The notes beneath the pieces are model-generated. The model was given only the letters and a program-made list of their open reading frames with translations, was not told the DNA's origin and did no database searches. From the sequence record OZ346186.1: a stretch of 50,013 nucleotides of DNA, one strand, 5' to 3'. The stretch comes from a phage. Made by a program: the position numbers and the translations under genes. Positions 9,932 to 20,340 of the stretch are shown piece by piece. The first letter of the stretch is position 1, and every line of letters begins with the position of its first letter.

Positions 9932-10242
9932 AAAGGGCGGTTTACCTGTTTTATCAGAAACCGCCGACAGATGCAGAGCTTGAGGCCGTTGGCCTTACAA
10001 GGGCAGACTATGAAGGAGAAGATCCGCCAGAGGTTATATTTGATGAAAGCATGATGCAATCATGGGATATATTTTGCGCAATGCAAACGCAATGGAGATG
10101 TTCTGGCGGTGGCGCTTACGGATTTGATTATAATGTCTTGCCTATGCTTTTTGAGATTTACAAGGTTGAGGATCGCGAGATGGCGCTAAACGACTTGCGA
10201 ATCATGGAGCAAAAAGCACTTGAAATGATGCATTCAAAATAA
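9614..10242 (+). CDS. tail assembly chaperone, -1 frameshift fusion (lambda GT-like)
   Basis: -1 frame after the slippery heptamer is open from 9928 to stop at 10240-10242 (hand translation, no stops); canonical position. Confidence 0.6.
9922..9928 (+). other. programmed -1 ribosomal frameshift slippery heptamer AAAAAAC
   Basis: X_XXY_YYZ heptamer in zero frame, 1 codon before stop of chaperone ORF. Confidence 0.65.
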
Positions 10243-10264
10243 GCGCCTACGGGCGCTTTTTTAT
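10243..10264 (+). terminator. rho-independent terminator before tape measure gene
   Basis: agcgcc tacg ggcgct + TTTTTT. Confidence 0.65.
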
Positions 10265-10281
10265 TACCTGGAGGATTAATA

Positions 10282-12954
10282 ATGTCAGAACAATACGCAG
10301 GTTTGACGCTTGGGGTTGACGTTTCTCAACTCAACAATGCTGTAAAGTCTTTGCAGCAATTCAAGAAGGCAAACGACGACGCAAAGGGGAGCGTTGAGAG
10401 TTTTGTTGATTCAGAGGTTGTTGCAAGACAAAGAGCCAAACAACTGGCTGAGGAATTGGCAAAGCAGAAGCAAGAATTTAAAGCAATTCAGTCGGCAATA
10501 GATCCGACAGCAAGCAAAATGGATAAGTTGCGCCAGGCTGCGACACAGCTTGATGCGCTTTGGAAAAAAGGAATTGTGCCGGATGATACATTCTTTGAGT
10601 TAGGATCAATTCTTGAGACGCAGCAAAATAAACTGATCGCAACTAAAAAGGCACTAACTGAAGAAGGCCGCGCAGCGCTTGAGGAAGCAAAAAATAAGGC
10701 AAGAGCAGAGGCTGAGGCAAGAAAGTTCATTGCGGCATTGCAGGCGCAAGCTGACGCAGCGGAAAAAACAAAATCAGAGCTTGTAGAAATGAGAGCCGCA
10801 CAACTTGGAGTTAGTGCAGAGGCCGCGCCATTTATTGCAAAAATGAAGGAGCAGGAAAAACAAGCCTCAAAACTTGGCGTTTCTATGGGGCAGTACAAGC
10901 AAGCAATGGCGCAATTGCCAATGCAGATCACTGACGTTGTTACTTCTCTTGCTTCAGGTATGCCAGTATGGATGATCGCAATCCAGCAGGGCGGGCAAAT
11001 CAAGGACTCATTTGGCGGTGTTGCTAACACGTTTAAAGCGCTAATGACATTTGTCACGCCTTTAAGTGTAGGAATGACGGCGCTGACTGGTGCTCTTGGT
11101 TATGCTGCATATAATGCATACAAAGCAAATGCACAACTGAAGGAGATCACAAAAACCGTTCAGGAGGCAACTGGTCTTTCTGGTGATTTTGCGGAGCGGA
11201 TTGCAACTGGAATCCAGGCGCTATCTGACAAGACAGGTGAGAGCGCCGATAATCTGGCAAAGGCATACATAAGCACTAAGGATGGAGCAACCGAGGCCAT
11301 ACAAAAACTCGTCGATGTTGGGTTTACCTATGACGAAGCAAAGGTAAAGGTAAACGAATACAAGAATGCATCAAGTTTTGTAAGTCTCAACAATGAGATT
11401 GCTGATCACAAAAACAAGGTTCTTGAGCTTGGCGATTCGTGGTATGAAGTCTTAAAAGCGAAGAATGATTATGCTTCACCGTCCGGCGGGCTGTTGGGGA
11501 AAGAGCTTGGTTATGTAAATCCTATGTTGCAATTTGCGAAGAACACCTATGAGGATATAGGAAAGATCGTAAAAGATGCTAATAAGGATATGGCGGAACG
11601 AGCAGCACGCATCGACAGAGAAAATCTTTCCTTAAACAGAGTTCGAGCGGCGCAAGAGGCTTTAAACAAAGCCATAGAGGATCAGAAAAATGTAGCAAGG
11701 ACAGCAGACGAAGAGTTGAAAAAACGAGCAGCCGAGAACGTTGAGTTCAGGCGAAAAGAGCTTGAAGAGGCGAAGAAGGCACAGCAGCAAAAGGAGAAAG
11801 TTGGCGGAGTTGTAAAAGCACCAACAGAGCAGCTTGATAAGGAGCTATATGTGCTCAAGGCGCAACTTGAAACGCTGAAAGAGCACCGAACTGTAAATGA
11901 TGTTATTTCACGCCAGAGGCAATCTTTGTGGAGTATTGAAAAGCAGATCCAGATCCTAGAGGAAGCGCAAAGCAAACGTAAGCTGACAAAAGCTGAACAG
12001 GCGTTACTAAACGAGCAAAAAACAGTTCTTGCTATGGCAAAAGAAAAGGCAGAGATAGGCGATCAGATTGTTTTGCAACAGAGAAAGAACAAGCAATACC
12101 AGGAAGGGCTAAAGTTCATTCAGCAAACTTCAGATGCCATTGATGCTATGAACTTGCGACAGTCTGGAGCTACAGATCTGCAAATCCAGCGAGAGCTTGA
12201 GTTGAAGAAGTTGCGAACTGATTATGTTGCTGGTGGCGGTAGTATCGACGATGAAATTTATCAGCAGATGGAAGCAAAGCTGAAAGAGTATTACGCCACT
12301 GAGGATCAGCTTCGAAATAACTGGATTGCAGGAGCAAAAAACGCTTGGGAGGTTTACGGACAAGATGCAATGGATATGTACGGCAACGTGCAAGATATTG
12401 CAAGCGAGGCGCTCAATGGTCTAACCAATCAAATGGCTACATTCCTTGCAACAGGTAAGGCAAACTTTAAGAGCTTCGCAACGTCAATCATCCAAATGAT
12501 TATTCAGATGATCACAAAGATGGTTATCTTTAATGCCATATCTGGTGCGATTGGAGGTGACACTTGGACGATTGGAAGCCTTCTTAAAAATGTTGGATTT
12601 GCAACAGGTGGATACACTGGCGACGGCGGGAAGTATGAGCCAGCAGGTGTTGTCCATAAAGGCGAGTTTGTCATGACGAAGGAGGCCACGAAACGGATCG
12701 GAGTTGGAAATCTTTACAAAATGATGCGCGGTTATGCAAATGGCGGCGTTGTTGGCGGCACTTCATACACTGGCGGCGGAGTTTCATCTGGAGCAACAAA
12801 TCTTAATATTGGCGGGATCAGCGTTGATATTAACAACGGAAGCGATCCGAAAGGGTTGGAGACTGGTGTAAAAATGATTTTCACTGATATGATTAAGCGT
12901 TCCTGTACGCAGGGTGGGGAAGTTTACGAATTTGTTATGTCTAAGCGGGGGTGA
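10282..12954 (+). CDS. tape measure protein
   Basis: 890 aa, coiled-coil-rich N-terminal half, Gly-rich C-terminus; follows chaperone frameshift. Confidence 0.85.
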   Translation: MSEQYAGLTLGVDVSQLNNAVKSLQQFKKANDDAKGSVESFVDSEVVARQRAKQLAEELAKQKQEFKAIQSAIDPTASKMDKLRQAATQLDALWKKGIVPDDTFFELGSILETQQNKLIATKKALTEEGRAALEEAKNKARAEAEARKFIAALQAQADAAEKTKSELVEMRAAQLGVSAEAAPFIAKMKEQEKQASKLGVSMGQYKQAMAQLPMQITDVVTSLASGMPVWMIAIQQGGQIKDSFGGVANTFKALMTFVTPLSVGMTALTGALGYAAYNAYKANAQLKEITKTVQEATGLSGDFAERIATGIQALSDKTGESADNLAKAYISTKDGATEAIQKLVDVGFTYDEAKVKVNEYKNASSFVSLNNEIADHKNKVLELGDSWYEVLKAKNDYASPSGGLLGKELGYVNPMLQFAKNTYEDIGKIVKDANKDMAERAARIDRENLSLNRVRAAQEALNKAIEDQKNVARTADEELKKRAAENVEFRRKELEEAKKAQQQKEKVGGVVKAPTEQLDKELYVLKAQLETLKEHRTVNDVISRQRQSLWSIEKQIQILEEAQSKRKLTKAEQALLNEQKTVLAMAKEKAEIGDQIVLQQRKNKQYQEGLKFIQQTSDAIDAMNLRQSGATDLQIQRELELKKLRTDYVAGGGSIDDEIYQQMEAKLKEYYATEDQLRNNWIAGAKNAWEVYGQDAMDMYGNVQDIASEALNGLTNQMATFLATGKANFKSFATSIIQMIIQMITKMVIFNAISGAIGGDTWTIGSLLKNVGFATGGYTGDGGKYEPAGVVHKGEFVMTKEATKRIGVGNLYKMMRGYANGGVVGGTSYTGGGVSSGATNLNIGGISVDINNGSDPKGLETGVKMIFTDMIKRSCTQGGEVYEFVMSKRG

Positions 12955-13010
12955 TAGTGAAACTTGAGCAATTCAAATGGTGCACGCAAACGCAAGGAGG
13001 CGGCGGCACT

Positions 13011-13307
13011 ATGACCACATCGAATAACGACAGGGAAATCTCATTTGGCAATGGTTACACGCAGGTTGCTTCAGGAGGGTTTAACACGGTACGCAGGGAG
13101 TTTCCCATTGTCTATGTTGGCAAGGATTACAGAGACGTTGTTGACTTCCTGAATGGACACAGGCTGAAGCCGTTTTTATGGTTTATGCCTGACGGTCAAC
13201 CTGGTCTATTCAGGGTAAAATCTGGTAGCGTTGGATTAACTCCAATATCAGCAACCGTTCAGGAAGTGAAAGCAACATTTACTGAACAATTTACATCAAT
13301 GCAATAA
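13011..13307 (+). CDS. minor tail protein (lambda gpM-like)
   Basis: 98 aa from ATG 13011 (SD aaggagg); motif ISFGNGYTQ matches the gpM conserved FGDGYSQ region. Confidence 0.65.
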   Translation: MTTSNNDREISFGNGYTQVASGGFNTVRREFPIVYVGKDYRDVVDFLNGHRLKPFLWFMPDGQPGLFRVKSGSVGLTPISATVQEVKATFTEQFTSMQ

Positions 13308-13311
13308 TTCA

Positions 13312-13336
13312 AGCCGCCTTTGTGCGGCTTTTTTAT
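13312..13336 (+). terminator. rho-independent terminator
   Basis: agccgc ctttgt gcggct + TTTTTT. Confidence 0.65.
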
Positions 13337-13368
13337 TGATGATACAATGTACGAAAGGAGGTGCAATT

Positions 13369-14130
13369 ATGGCTAATGAAACAACAGGTCGCGCGGATCT
13401 TGAAAATTGTCTGCAAAGCCTTTACCCTGGCGAGATTATCACGCTAATTGAAATTGACGGAACAAAGTTTGGCGCAAACATTTACCGCATACACAATGAG
13501 AACATCTCATACACTGCGGAAGAATTATTGCAGGCGCGAGAAACTGGAGTTCTTCCGCCGAAAGAGATTACATTCCGTGGTGAGGTTTACGGCGCGCGCC
13601 CGTTCGGAATATCAGGTATCAACTTCACAAGCAACGGAAAGGCTGATAAGCCACAATTGATACTGTCAAACCTTGACAGCCAGGTGAGCGCGATGATTCG
13701 CAACTTTAACGGCATGATGCAAGCTAAGGTTACAATCTGGATCACGCCAGCAGAATTAATGGGTAAAGATGGCAGCATTAAAGATGGCGCTTCAAGAAAG
13801 CTGGTTTATTACATTGAGCGCCCAAGCCATTACAATAGAATGATGGCAAAGTTTGATCTTACATCGCCTTATGATATGGATGGAATAATGATTCCTCCGC
13901 GAATAACTCAAAGCGTTTGTTATTGGGCGCAGCGTGGATGGTATCGAAGCGGAAAGGGTTGCGGATACAATGGATCGCGAATGTTTGACAAAGACAACAA
14001 TCCTGTAACCGATCCATCTCAAGACTTTTGCGCCGGAACTGTAACAGCGTGCAAACTTCGTTTTGGTGCAGATCAGCAGCTTGATTTTGGCGGTGCGCCA
14101 GTAGCAAGCCTGTTAAGGAGAAATCAGTGA
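13369..14130 (+). CDS. minor tail protein (lambda gpL-like)
   Basis: 253 aa; Cys-rich C-terminal region CxYxG...C...C resembling gpL; order M-L-K-I-J. Confidence 0.7.
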   Translation: MANETTGRADLENCLQSLYPGEIITLIEIDGTKFGANIYRIHNENISYTAEELLQARETGVLPPKEITFRGEVYGARPFGISGINFTSNGKADKPQLILSNLDSQVSAMIRNFNGMMQAKVTIWITPAELMGKDGSIKDGASRKLVYYIERPSHYNRMMAKFDLTSPYDMDGIMIPPRITQSVCYWAQRGWYRSGKGCGYNGSRMFDKDNNPVTDPSQDFCAGTVTACKLRFGADQQLDFGGAPVASLLRRNQ

Positions 14131-14861
14131 TGATTAGTGCAAAAATAAAACTTGAAATAATGCAGCACGTAAAAGATGAATACCCGCGCGAGGCGTGCGG
14201 TGTTATCACTCAAAAATCACGCGTGCAAAAATACCGCCGCATAACCAACGTACATGATGATCCTGAAAATCATTTTGAGATGGACGCAATTGAATACGTT
14301 GAAGCGTGCGAAAGTGGCGAGCTTATTGCTGTTGTGCATAGCCACACTGGAGACGGGGCAAGTACAATTCCAAGCGCCCATGATACATGCATGTGTGATG
14401 AAATGGGTGTTTCATGGGTTATTGTGTCATGGCCCGAAGGTGATATGAGAATCATTGAGCCTGAATCTCGTCCTCTGATTGGTCGCCCGTGGTCGCTTGG
14501 GGCGTATGATTGCTGGGGGCTTATTATGGCATGGCATAAGCAACATGGCGTTATCCTGAATGACTTCAGGAAACCATATGAATGGTGGAAGCCTGAGCAC
14601 GGTGAAAATCTTTATCAAGAAAATTATCTGAAAGAGGGCTTTATTGAAACAGGAGAGCCGCCAAAACCTGGTGATATGGTTATCTTTCAGCTTTCCGCGC
14701 CAGTGTGGAATCATGCAGGTATTTATCTTGGCAACAACCAATTGCTCCATCATGCCTTTGGCAAGTTGTCAAGTGTTGATTTGTATTCTGGATGGTATCA
14801 GGAACATGCAAAAATGGTTTGTAGACATAAGGATCTAAAATATGACTTTGAAGGTAATTAA
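14130..14861 (+). CDS. tail tip protein (lambda gpK-like, MPN/JAMM + NlpC/P60)
   Basis: HSHTGDGASTIPSAHD (JAMM HxH...S..D motif) plus downstream DCWGL Cys; ATG overlaps upstream stop. Confidence 0.8.
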   Translation: MISAKIKLEIMQHVKDEYPREACGVITQKSRVQKYRRITNVHDDPENHFEMDAIEYVEACESGELIAVVHSHTGDGASTIPSAHDTCMCDEMGVSWVIVSWPEGDMRIIEPESRPLIGRPWSLGAYDCWGLIMAWHKQHGVILNDFRKPYEWWKPEHGENLYQENYLKEGFIETGEPPKPGDMVIFQLSAPVWNHAGIYLGNNQLLHHAFGKLSSVDLYSGWYQEHAKMVCRHKDLKYDFEGN

Positions 14862-15438
14862 ATTATCTGGATCTTTAGGCCGAAGATTTGGAGTATTTCA
14901 TAAGCTGGCTGTTGATTCATACCCAGAAGCAATACGCGCACTATCTTCGCAGGTGGAAGGATTCAAGGACTACATGCAAAGCGAAGTAGGATCGCGTATG
15001 CGTTACGCTGTATTTGTTGACGGTAAGAATGTAGGACAGCACGATGAAAAAGCGTGGCAATGCGCAAAGGAAGTGAGGATTATTCCAATCCCAACAGGTT
15101 CAAAGTCTGGTGGGTTGTTTCAGGTTGTTCTTGGGGCGGTTATTATGGCGACTGCATTTTTCACTGGCGGCGCTTCACTTGCGTTGATGGGTGCTTTTGC
15201 ATCGTCTGCTTTCATGATGGGTGGTGCTATGGTGCTTGGCGGCGTAATGCAAATGATTTCACCACAGCAAGGCGGGTCGCGGCTATCATCCCAATCAGCA
15301 GAGAATAAGCCGTCTTACGCTTTTGGCGGTGCAGTTAACACAACGGCGGCAGGATACCCAATACCATTGCCATACGGTCAAAGGACCGTCGGCGGAGCTA
15401 TCTGGTCGGCTGGTAGTTATGCAGAAGATAAGGCTTAA
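14842..15438 (+). CDS. tail assembly protein (lambda gpI-like)
   Basis: 198 aa with Gly/Ala-rich hydrophobic C-terminal half; position after K-like gene. Confidence 0.65.
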   Translation: MTLKVIKLSGSLGRRFGVFHKLAVDSYPEAIRALSSQVEGFKDYMQSEVGSRMRYAVFVDGKNVGQHDEKAWQCAKEVRIIPIPTGSKSGGLFQVVLGAVIMATAFFTGGASLALMGAFASSAFMMGGAMVLGGVMQMISPQQGGSRLSSQSAENKPSYAFGGAVNTTAAGYPIPLPYGQRTVGGAIWSAGSYAEDKA

Positions 15439-15447
15439 TATAAAAGA

Positions 15448-15472
15448 GTCGCGCGTTGCGCGGCTTTTTTTT
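15448..15472 (+). terminator. rho-independent terminator before J-like gene
   Basis: GC-rich hairpin + T8. Confidence 0.6.
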
Positions 15473-15517
15473 GCCCGTATAATTCAACAAATCAAATAGC
15501 ACAAAAGGTGAAAAAGC

Positions 15518-18500
15518 ATGGCTGAAAATATGATAACGGGCAGTAAGGGTGGATCATCAAAACCTTATGTTCCGAAAGAGATGGAAGATAACCTGATCTC
15601 AATCAACAAAATCAAAATACTTCTTGCCGTTTCCGATGGTGAGTGCGATCCAAGTTTTACACTTCGCGATCTGTATCTTGATGATGTTCCGGTAATTGCA
15701 GACGACGGAACTGTTAACTACCAGGGTGTGAAAGCTGAATTTCGACCTGGAACGCAGACGCAAGATTACATCCAGGGATTTACTGACACATCAAGCGAAG
15801 TGACGCTGGCGCGTGACATTACTACATCAAATCCTTATGTAATTTCTGTAACCAACAAAACATTATCGGCTATCAGAATCAAAATGCTAATGCCAACAGG
15901 CATTAAGCAAGAGGATAACGGCGATCTTGTCGGCGTTAAGGTTACTTATGCTGTTGATATGGCTGTTGACGGAGACTCTTACAAAGAAGTATTGCTAGAC
16001 ACCATCGAAGGTAAAACGCGTTCCGGTTACGACAGAAGCCGAAGGATTGACCTTCCGGCATTTAATGATCGCGTATTGCTTAGGGTTAGAAGGGTTACGG
16101 CAGACAGCGCATCCTCTCGCGTTACTGATCTGATTAAGCTACAAAGTTACGCTGAGGTTATTGATGCAAAATTCCGTTATCCTCTGACTGGTCTTGTATA
16201 CGTTGAATTTGACAGTGAGTTGTTCCCTAACCAGATCCCTAACATTTCAATCAAGAAGAAATGGAAGTTAATTAATGTTCCGAGCAATTACGATCCGGTA
16301 ATGCGAGAGTATCACGGTTCATGGGATGGTACTTTCAAGAAAGCGTGGTCGAACAATCCGGCGTGGGTTCTTTATGACATTATCACAAACCAGCGATACG
16401 GATTAGATCAGCGAGAACTTGGCGTGCAGGTTGACAAATGGAGTCTTTACGAAGCGGCGCAATACTGCGATCAGAAAGTGCCGGATGGAAAAGGCGGTAC
16501 AGAGCCGCGTTATCTATGCGACGTTGTGATTCAAAGCCAGATTGAGGCTTATCAGCTTATTCGTGATATTTGCTCAATCTTCCGAGGCATGAGCTTTTGG
16601 AATGGCGAGAGCTTGTCAATCGTCATTGATAAGCCGCGCGATCCGTCGTACATCTTCACCAATGACAACGTTGTTGATGGTGATTTTCAGTACACAACAG
16701 CAAGCGAAAAGAGCATGTACACGCAGTGCAACGTGACGTTCGACGACGAACAAAACATGTACCAACAGGACGTAGAGGGCGTATTCGACACCGAGGCAGC
16801 ATTGCGATTTGGATACAATCCTACAAGCATAACAGCGATTGGATGTACACGCAGGAGTGAGGCTAATCGGCGCGGTCGATGGATACTAAAAACTAACTTG
16901 CGCAGCACTACGGTAAACTTTGCTACTGGACTGGAAGGCATGATCCCATCAATAGGTGATGTGATTGCTATTGCTGACAACTTTCACAGCAGCAACCTTA
17001 AGTTAAACCTATCAGGGCGCGTGATGGAAGTTTCAGGCTTGCAGGTGTTCGCTCCGTTTAAGATTGACGCGCGACCAGGTGATTTCATTATCATCAACAA
17101 GCCAGACGGGAAGCCAGTTAAGCGCACAATCTCAAAAGTAAGCGGTGACGGAAAAACCATTGAGCTAAATATTGGGTTTGGATTTGAGGTTAAACCTGAC
17201 ACGGTTTTTGCAATCGACCGCACTGATATTGCATTGCAGCAATACGTTGTAACGAGTATCGGCAAAGGTGATGATGATGATGAATTTACATACTCCATCA
17301 CGGCTGTTGAATATGACCCGAACAAATACGACGAGATTGATTATGGAGTAAACATTGACGACAGGCCAACTTCAATTGTCCAGCCTGACACAATGGCAGC
17401 GCCTGAAAATGTGCAAATATCCTCCTACTCGCGAATTGTCCAGGGTGCAAGCGTTGAAACAATGGTTGTGTCGTGGGATAAAGTACCTTACGCATCGCTG
17501 TATGAAATGCAGTGGCGAAAAGGTGATGGCAACTGGCTGAATACACCACAGACTGCAAACAAAGAAATTGAGGTTGAAGGTATTTATTCAGGAAACTACC
17601 AGGTAAGGGTTAGATCTGTTTCTGCTTCAGGTTCGACGTCGCCGTGGTCCAGAATTGTAACAGCTTCACTGACTGGTAAGGTAGGAGAGCCAGGCGCGCC
17701 AGTTAACTTAACTGCATCCGACAATGAGGTGTTTGGCATTCGTGTTAAGTGGGGGATGCCAGAAGGCAGCGGAGACACGGCATACATTGAGCTTCATCAG
17801 TCGCCGGATGGAACGGCTGAAAACTCAAGCCTGTTAACTCTGATCCCATATCCACAATATGAATACTGGCACGGTACGCTTCCGGCTGGTCATGTTGTAT
17901 GGTATAGAATCCGCAGTGTTGACAGAATCGGCAACGTTTCCGGATGGACTGATTTTGTTAGAGGCATGGCTTCAGATGATGTGGAGGCTGTTTTAGGCAA
18001 TATTCTTGATAAGATTTTTGATACCGAAGCAGGGAAGGATCTGAAAGAGAATGCCATTGATAGCGCAAACAAAATCAAGGATCAGGCGCAAAGCATCATT
18101 CAAAACGCATTGGCGAATGATGCAGACGTTAGGATTATGAGGAAGGAAAACGGAAAACGCAAAGCCGAATTCAGGCAATCAATACAGTTGATCGCAGATG
18201 AAACTGAGGCGCGCGTTACCGCAATGACGCAACTCAAGGCTGAATTTGACGAGGAAATAACTAGCGAAGTAACGAGGCTTGATCAGGCAATTGCAACAGA
18301 ATCGGAAACGCGAGCAACAGCCATTGAGGAATTGAAATCACAGATTGGAGATGATATTCAGGGGCAGTTAACGAGAGTTGAGGAGGCGATTGCAAGCGAA
18401 ACAGAGGCGCGCGTTTCTGCTGACACAGCATTAACAGCGAAGTTTGGAGATGTTGAATCAGCGTTGACGGAAAAACTTGATTCATGGGCTGGCGTTAATG

Positions 18501-18943
18501 GAGTTGGCGCACAGTACGCAATGAAACTTGGATTGACATACAACGGTCAGAAGTACAGTGCTGGTATGGTGATGCAGCTTTCGCAGGGTTCATCCGGCCT
18601 TATTTCGCAGATTTTGTTTGATGCGAACAGGTTCGCTATCATGACAAGTTCGACCGGAGGGTCGTATACATTGCCTTTTGTGGTTGAAAATAACCAAGTT
18701 TTCATTAACAGCCTGTTAGTGAAAAACGGATCAATCACAAACGCCATGATCGGTAACTTCATCCAATCAAACAATTACGTTTGGAATCAAACAGGATGGA
18801 GGCTGGATAAAAACGGAACGTTTGAAAATTATGGTTCTACTCCTGGAGAGGGGGCCATGAAAATGACAAGCGAAACGATCAGCGTTAGGGATGCAAACGG
18901 CGTTTTGCGTGTTCAGATTGGTAGGCTTACTGGTACGTGGTAA
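15518..18943 (+). CDS. central tail fibre / host specificity protein (lambda gpJ-like)
   Basis: 1141 aa, last gene of the M-L-K-I-J block; FN3-like segment and coiled-coil repeats near C-terminus. Confidence 0.8.
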   Translation: MAENMITGSKGGSSKPYVPKEMEDNLISINKIKILLAVSDGECDPSFTLRDLYLDDVPVIADDGTVNYQGVKAEFRPGTQTQDYIQGFTDTSSEVTLARDITTSNPYVISVTNKTLSAIRIKMLMPTGIKQEDNGDLVGVKVTYAVDMAVDGDSYKEVLLDTIEGKTRSGYDRSRRIDLPAFNDRVLLRVRRVTADSASSRVTDLIKLQSYAEVIDAKFRYPLTGLVYVEFDSELFPNQIPNISIKKKWKLINVPSNYDPVMREYHGSWDGTFKKAWSNNPAWVLYDIITNQRYGLDQRELGVQVDKWSLYEAAQYCDQKVPDGKGGTEPRYLCDVVIQSQIEAYQLIRDICSIFRGMSFWNGESLSIVIDKPRDPSYIFTNDNVVDGDFQYTTASEKSMYTQCNVTFDDEQNMYQQDVEGVFDTEAALRFGYNPTSITAIGCTRRSEANRRGRWILKTNLRSTTVNFATGLEGMIPSIGDVIAIADNFHSSNLKLNLSGRVMEVSGLQVFAPFKIDARPGDFIIINKPDGKPVKRTISKVSGDGKTIELNIGFGFEVKPDTVFAIDRTDIALQQYVVTSIGKGDDDDEFTYSITAVEYDPNKYDEIDYGVNIDDRPTSIVQPDTMAAPENVQISSYSRIVQGASVETMVVSWDKVPYASLYEMQWRKGDGNWLNTPQTANKEIEVEGIYSGNYQVRVRSVSASGSTSPWSRIVTASLTGKVGEPGAPVNLTASDNEVFGIRVKWGMPEGSGDTAYIELHQSPDGTAENSSLLTLIPYPQYEYWHGTLPAGHVVWYRIRSVDRIGNVSGWTDFVRGMASDDVEAVLGNILDKIFDTEAGKDLKENAIDSANKIKDQAQSIIQNALANDADVRIMRKENGKRKAEFRQSIQLIADETEARVTAMTQLKAEFDEEITSEVTRLDQAIATESETRATAIEELKSQIGDDIQGQLTRVEEAIASETEARVSADTALTAKFGDVESALTEKLDSWAGVNGVGAQYAMKLGLTYNGQKYSAGMVMQLSQGSSGLISQILFDANRFAIMTSSTGGSYTLPFVVENNQVFINSLLVKNGSITNAMIGNFIQSNNYVWNQTGWRLDKNGTFENYGSTPGEGAMKMTSETISVRDANGVLRVQIGRLTGTW

Positions 18944-18950
18944 AATCAAA

Positions 18951-18973
18951 GCGGGGCATTTGCCCCGCATTTA
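18951..18973 (+). terminator. terminator-like hairpin after J-like gene
   Basis: gcggggca tt tgccccgc then ATTTAT. Confidence 0.5.
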
Positions 18974-18986
18974 TGGAGGTTTAATA

Positions 18987-19292
18987 ATGGCTGAATATGG
19001 TGTTTCAACGTGGGATGCTAACGGGAAGTATAACAACTACGGAATCAAGCCAGTTTCCGTTGTTGGTGTCATTAGCCTTGCGGCTGGTCAGACAAGCGGA
19101 TCGTGGAGCTTTAGCATTCCAAGTGGTTTTAAGGTTGGGTATGTTGTTTCGCTTGATGAGGGTGCTAGAGGGGTTGGAAGGGAAATAGTAGCATCTGGAA
19201 ACACAATAAGAATCAGTCCTACATCTTCAGTTGGTGCAAATAGATATTCTTCTTCAAAGTGTGAGTTAGTTGTTTTTCTTGAGAGGGCTTAA
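18987..19292 (+). CDS. hypothetical tail-associated protein (MAEYG N-terminus)
   Basis: 101 aa from ATG 18987 (SD ggagg); AGG/AGA/ATA-rich codon usage. Confidence 0.5.
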   Translation: MAEYGVSTWDANGKYNNYGIKPVSVVGVISLAAGQTSGSWSFSIPSGFKVGYVVSLDEGARGVGREIVASGNTIRISPTSSVGANRYSSSKCELVVFLERA

Positions 19293-19293
19293 A

Positions 19294-19935
19294 ATGGCTG
19301 AATATGGAGCAATGTTATCTTTATCAAATGGGAATCCATTTATCACACCAAAATCAACGCCATTTTGCTTATATGGCAAGTACACTTATTCATCTTCTGG
19401 CACTTCTGCCTATCATAGCGCAAGCGCAAATATACCATTGAATCAATCTTATCCATGTATGGCATTTATAAAAACAACAAACACACAGCAGCCAACTGCA
19501 TTAATAGCTTACAGGAATGGTGGCAACATTTATGTAAACGGAGGCAATCCATACGGGCAATCATTTACAATGACTGTTTATATATTTGCCATATTCCCTC
19601 AAACTCTACCCAAATATGGTATGGCTATATGGGATGCAAGCGGCAAGTTGGTTTTAACTAATGAAAGCAGGGTGCTAACAGATCTTGTTACAATTGGTAC
19701 TCCTGGTTCTTCAGGTGGAACGAATATAGATCAAACGTTATCTGGTTCTTATGCCGTTTGCCCTTCAAGGCTTGGTGCGGTTGTAGGCATGGGTGCTTCT
19801 GACATATATACATCATGCAGGTATGATGGTTCAAGCACAAGGATAGGTGCAGCAAGGACAACGCCAGGAACAGGATCTATAACAAATAACGGAAATTCAA
19901 TAATTGCAATAAGGACTGATATTTACGACCAATGA
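19294..19935 (+). CDS. hypothetical tail-associated protein (MAEYG N-terminus, paralog-like)
   Basis: 213 aa; shares MAEYG start and a YG.AIWDASGK segment with previous gene; AT-rich. Confidence 0.5.
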   Translation: MAEYGAMLSLSNGNPFITPKSTPFCLYGKYTYSSSGTSAYHSASANIPLNQSYPCMAFIKTTNTQQPTALIAYRNGGNIYVNGGNPYGQSFTMTVYIFAIFPQTLPKYGMAIWDASGKLVLTNESRVLTDLVTIGTPGSSGGTNIDQTLSGSYAVCPSRLGAVVGMGASDIYTSCRYDGSSTRIGAARTTPGTGSITNNGNSIIAIRTDIYDQ

Positions 19936-19960
19936 AAAAGGGGCTTTCGCCCCTTTATTT
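19935..19960. terminator. bidirectional terminator between late operon and Cor-like gene
   Basis: A-tract, ggggc tttc gcccc, T-tract. Confidence 0.6.
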
Positions 19961-19964
19961 TTAT

Positions 19965-20192
19965 TTACATACTGCAATCAGCGTTTTTAAAGTTATCAAT
20001 ACTTACCCACTGAAAATTAAACGGATATCCAGCCTTAACAAGAGTGCGGTCGCCAACTCGTTTTACTCCAAAAATAGCAACTGAATACTGCATACCGCTA
20101 TTTTCATAAATAGCCGTGCATTCACGCTTAGGCATATTTGCGCAACCAGTCAGGGTTGCGGCTGCAATCAAAACGGCGATTAATTTTTTCAT
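19965..20192 (-). CDS. lipoprotein, Cor-like superinfection-exclusion candidate
   Basis: 75 aa, lipobox LTGC after 16-aa signal peptide; located just after tail genes as cor is in T1/phi80-type phages; preceded by box promoter. Confidence 0.5.
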   Translation of the reverse strand: MKKLIAVLIAAATLTGCANMPKRECTAIYENSGMQYSVAIFGVKRVGDRTLVKAGYPFNFQWVSIDNFKNADCSM

Positions 20193-20223
20193 CTTGGTAT
20201 CTCCTTAGTTGTTGTTGGTTGCA

Positions 20224-20267
20224 ACTATACACGATCTTGCGGCGGTCGTTTAGCAAAAAGTGCTATT
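20224..20267 (-). promoter_or_regulatory. conserved box (variant) + TATAGT, promoter cassette for Cor-like lipoprotein gene
   Basis: minus-strand box 20249-20267, -10-like 20224-20229, 18-nt spacer. Confidence 0.5.
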
Positions 20268-20340
20268 CTGTTCTTTTTGTTTTCCTGCGTTCTCAAATCT
20301 GCGGAGGCGTAAATTTAGCGCAAAAAGTGAGCAACAATAG

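Noticed and set aside
10488-11057. 189-aa minus-strand ORF inside the tape measure gene (and similar antisense ORFs at 11682..11975, 12130..12403, 16687..17558, 24387..24695)
   Set aside because: Lie entirely antisense to long well-supported genes, are low-complexity (Ala/Ser/Cys-rich), and have no SD; typical shadow ORFs.
15494-15510. Partial box match AAATAGCACAAAAGG upstream of the J-like gene (also AAATAGCTAAA at 20651 and 21766)
   Set aside because: Only the ATAGC core matches and the -10-like hexamer is not at the family spacing; regarded as chance or degenerate remnants.
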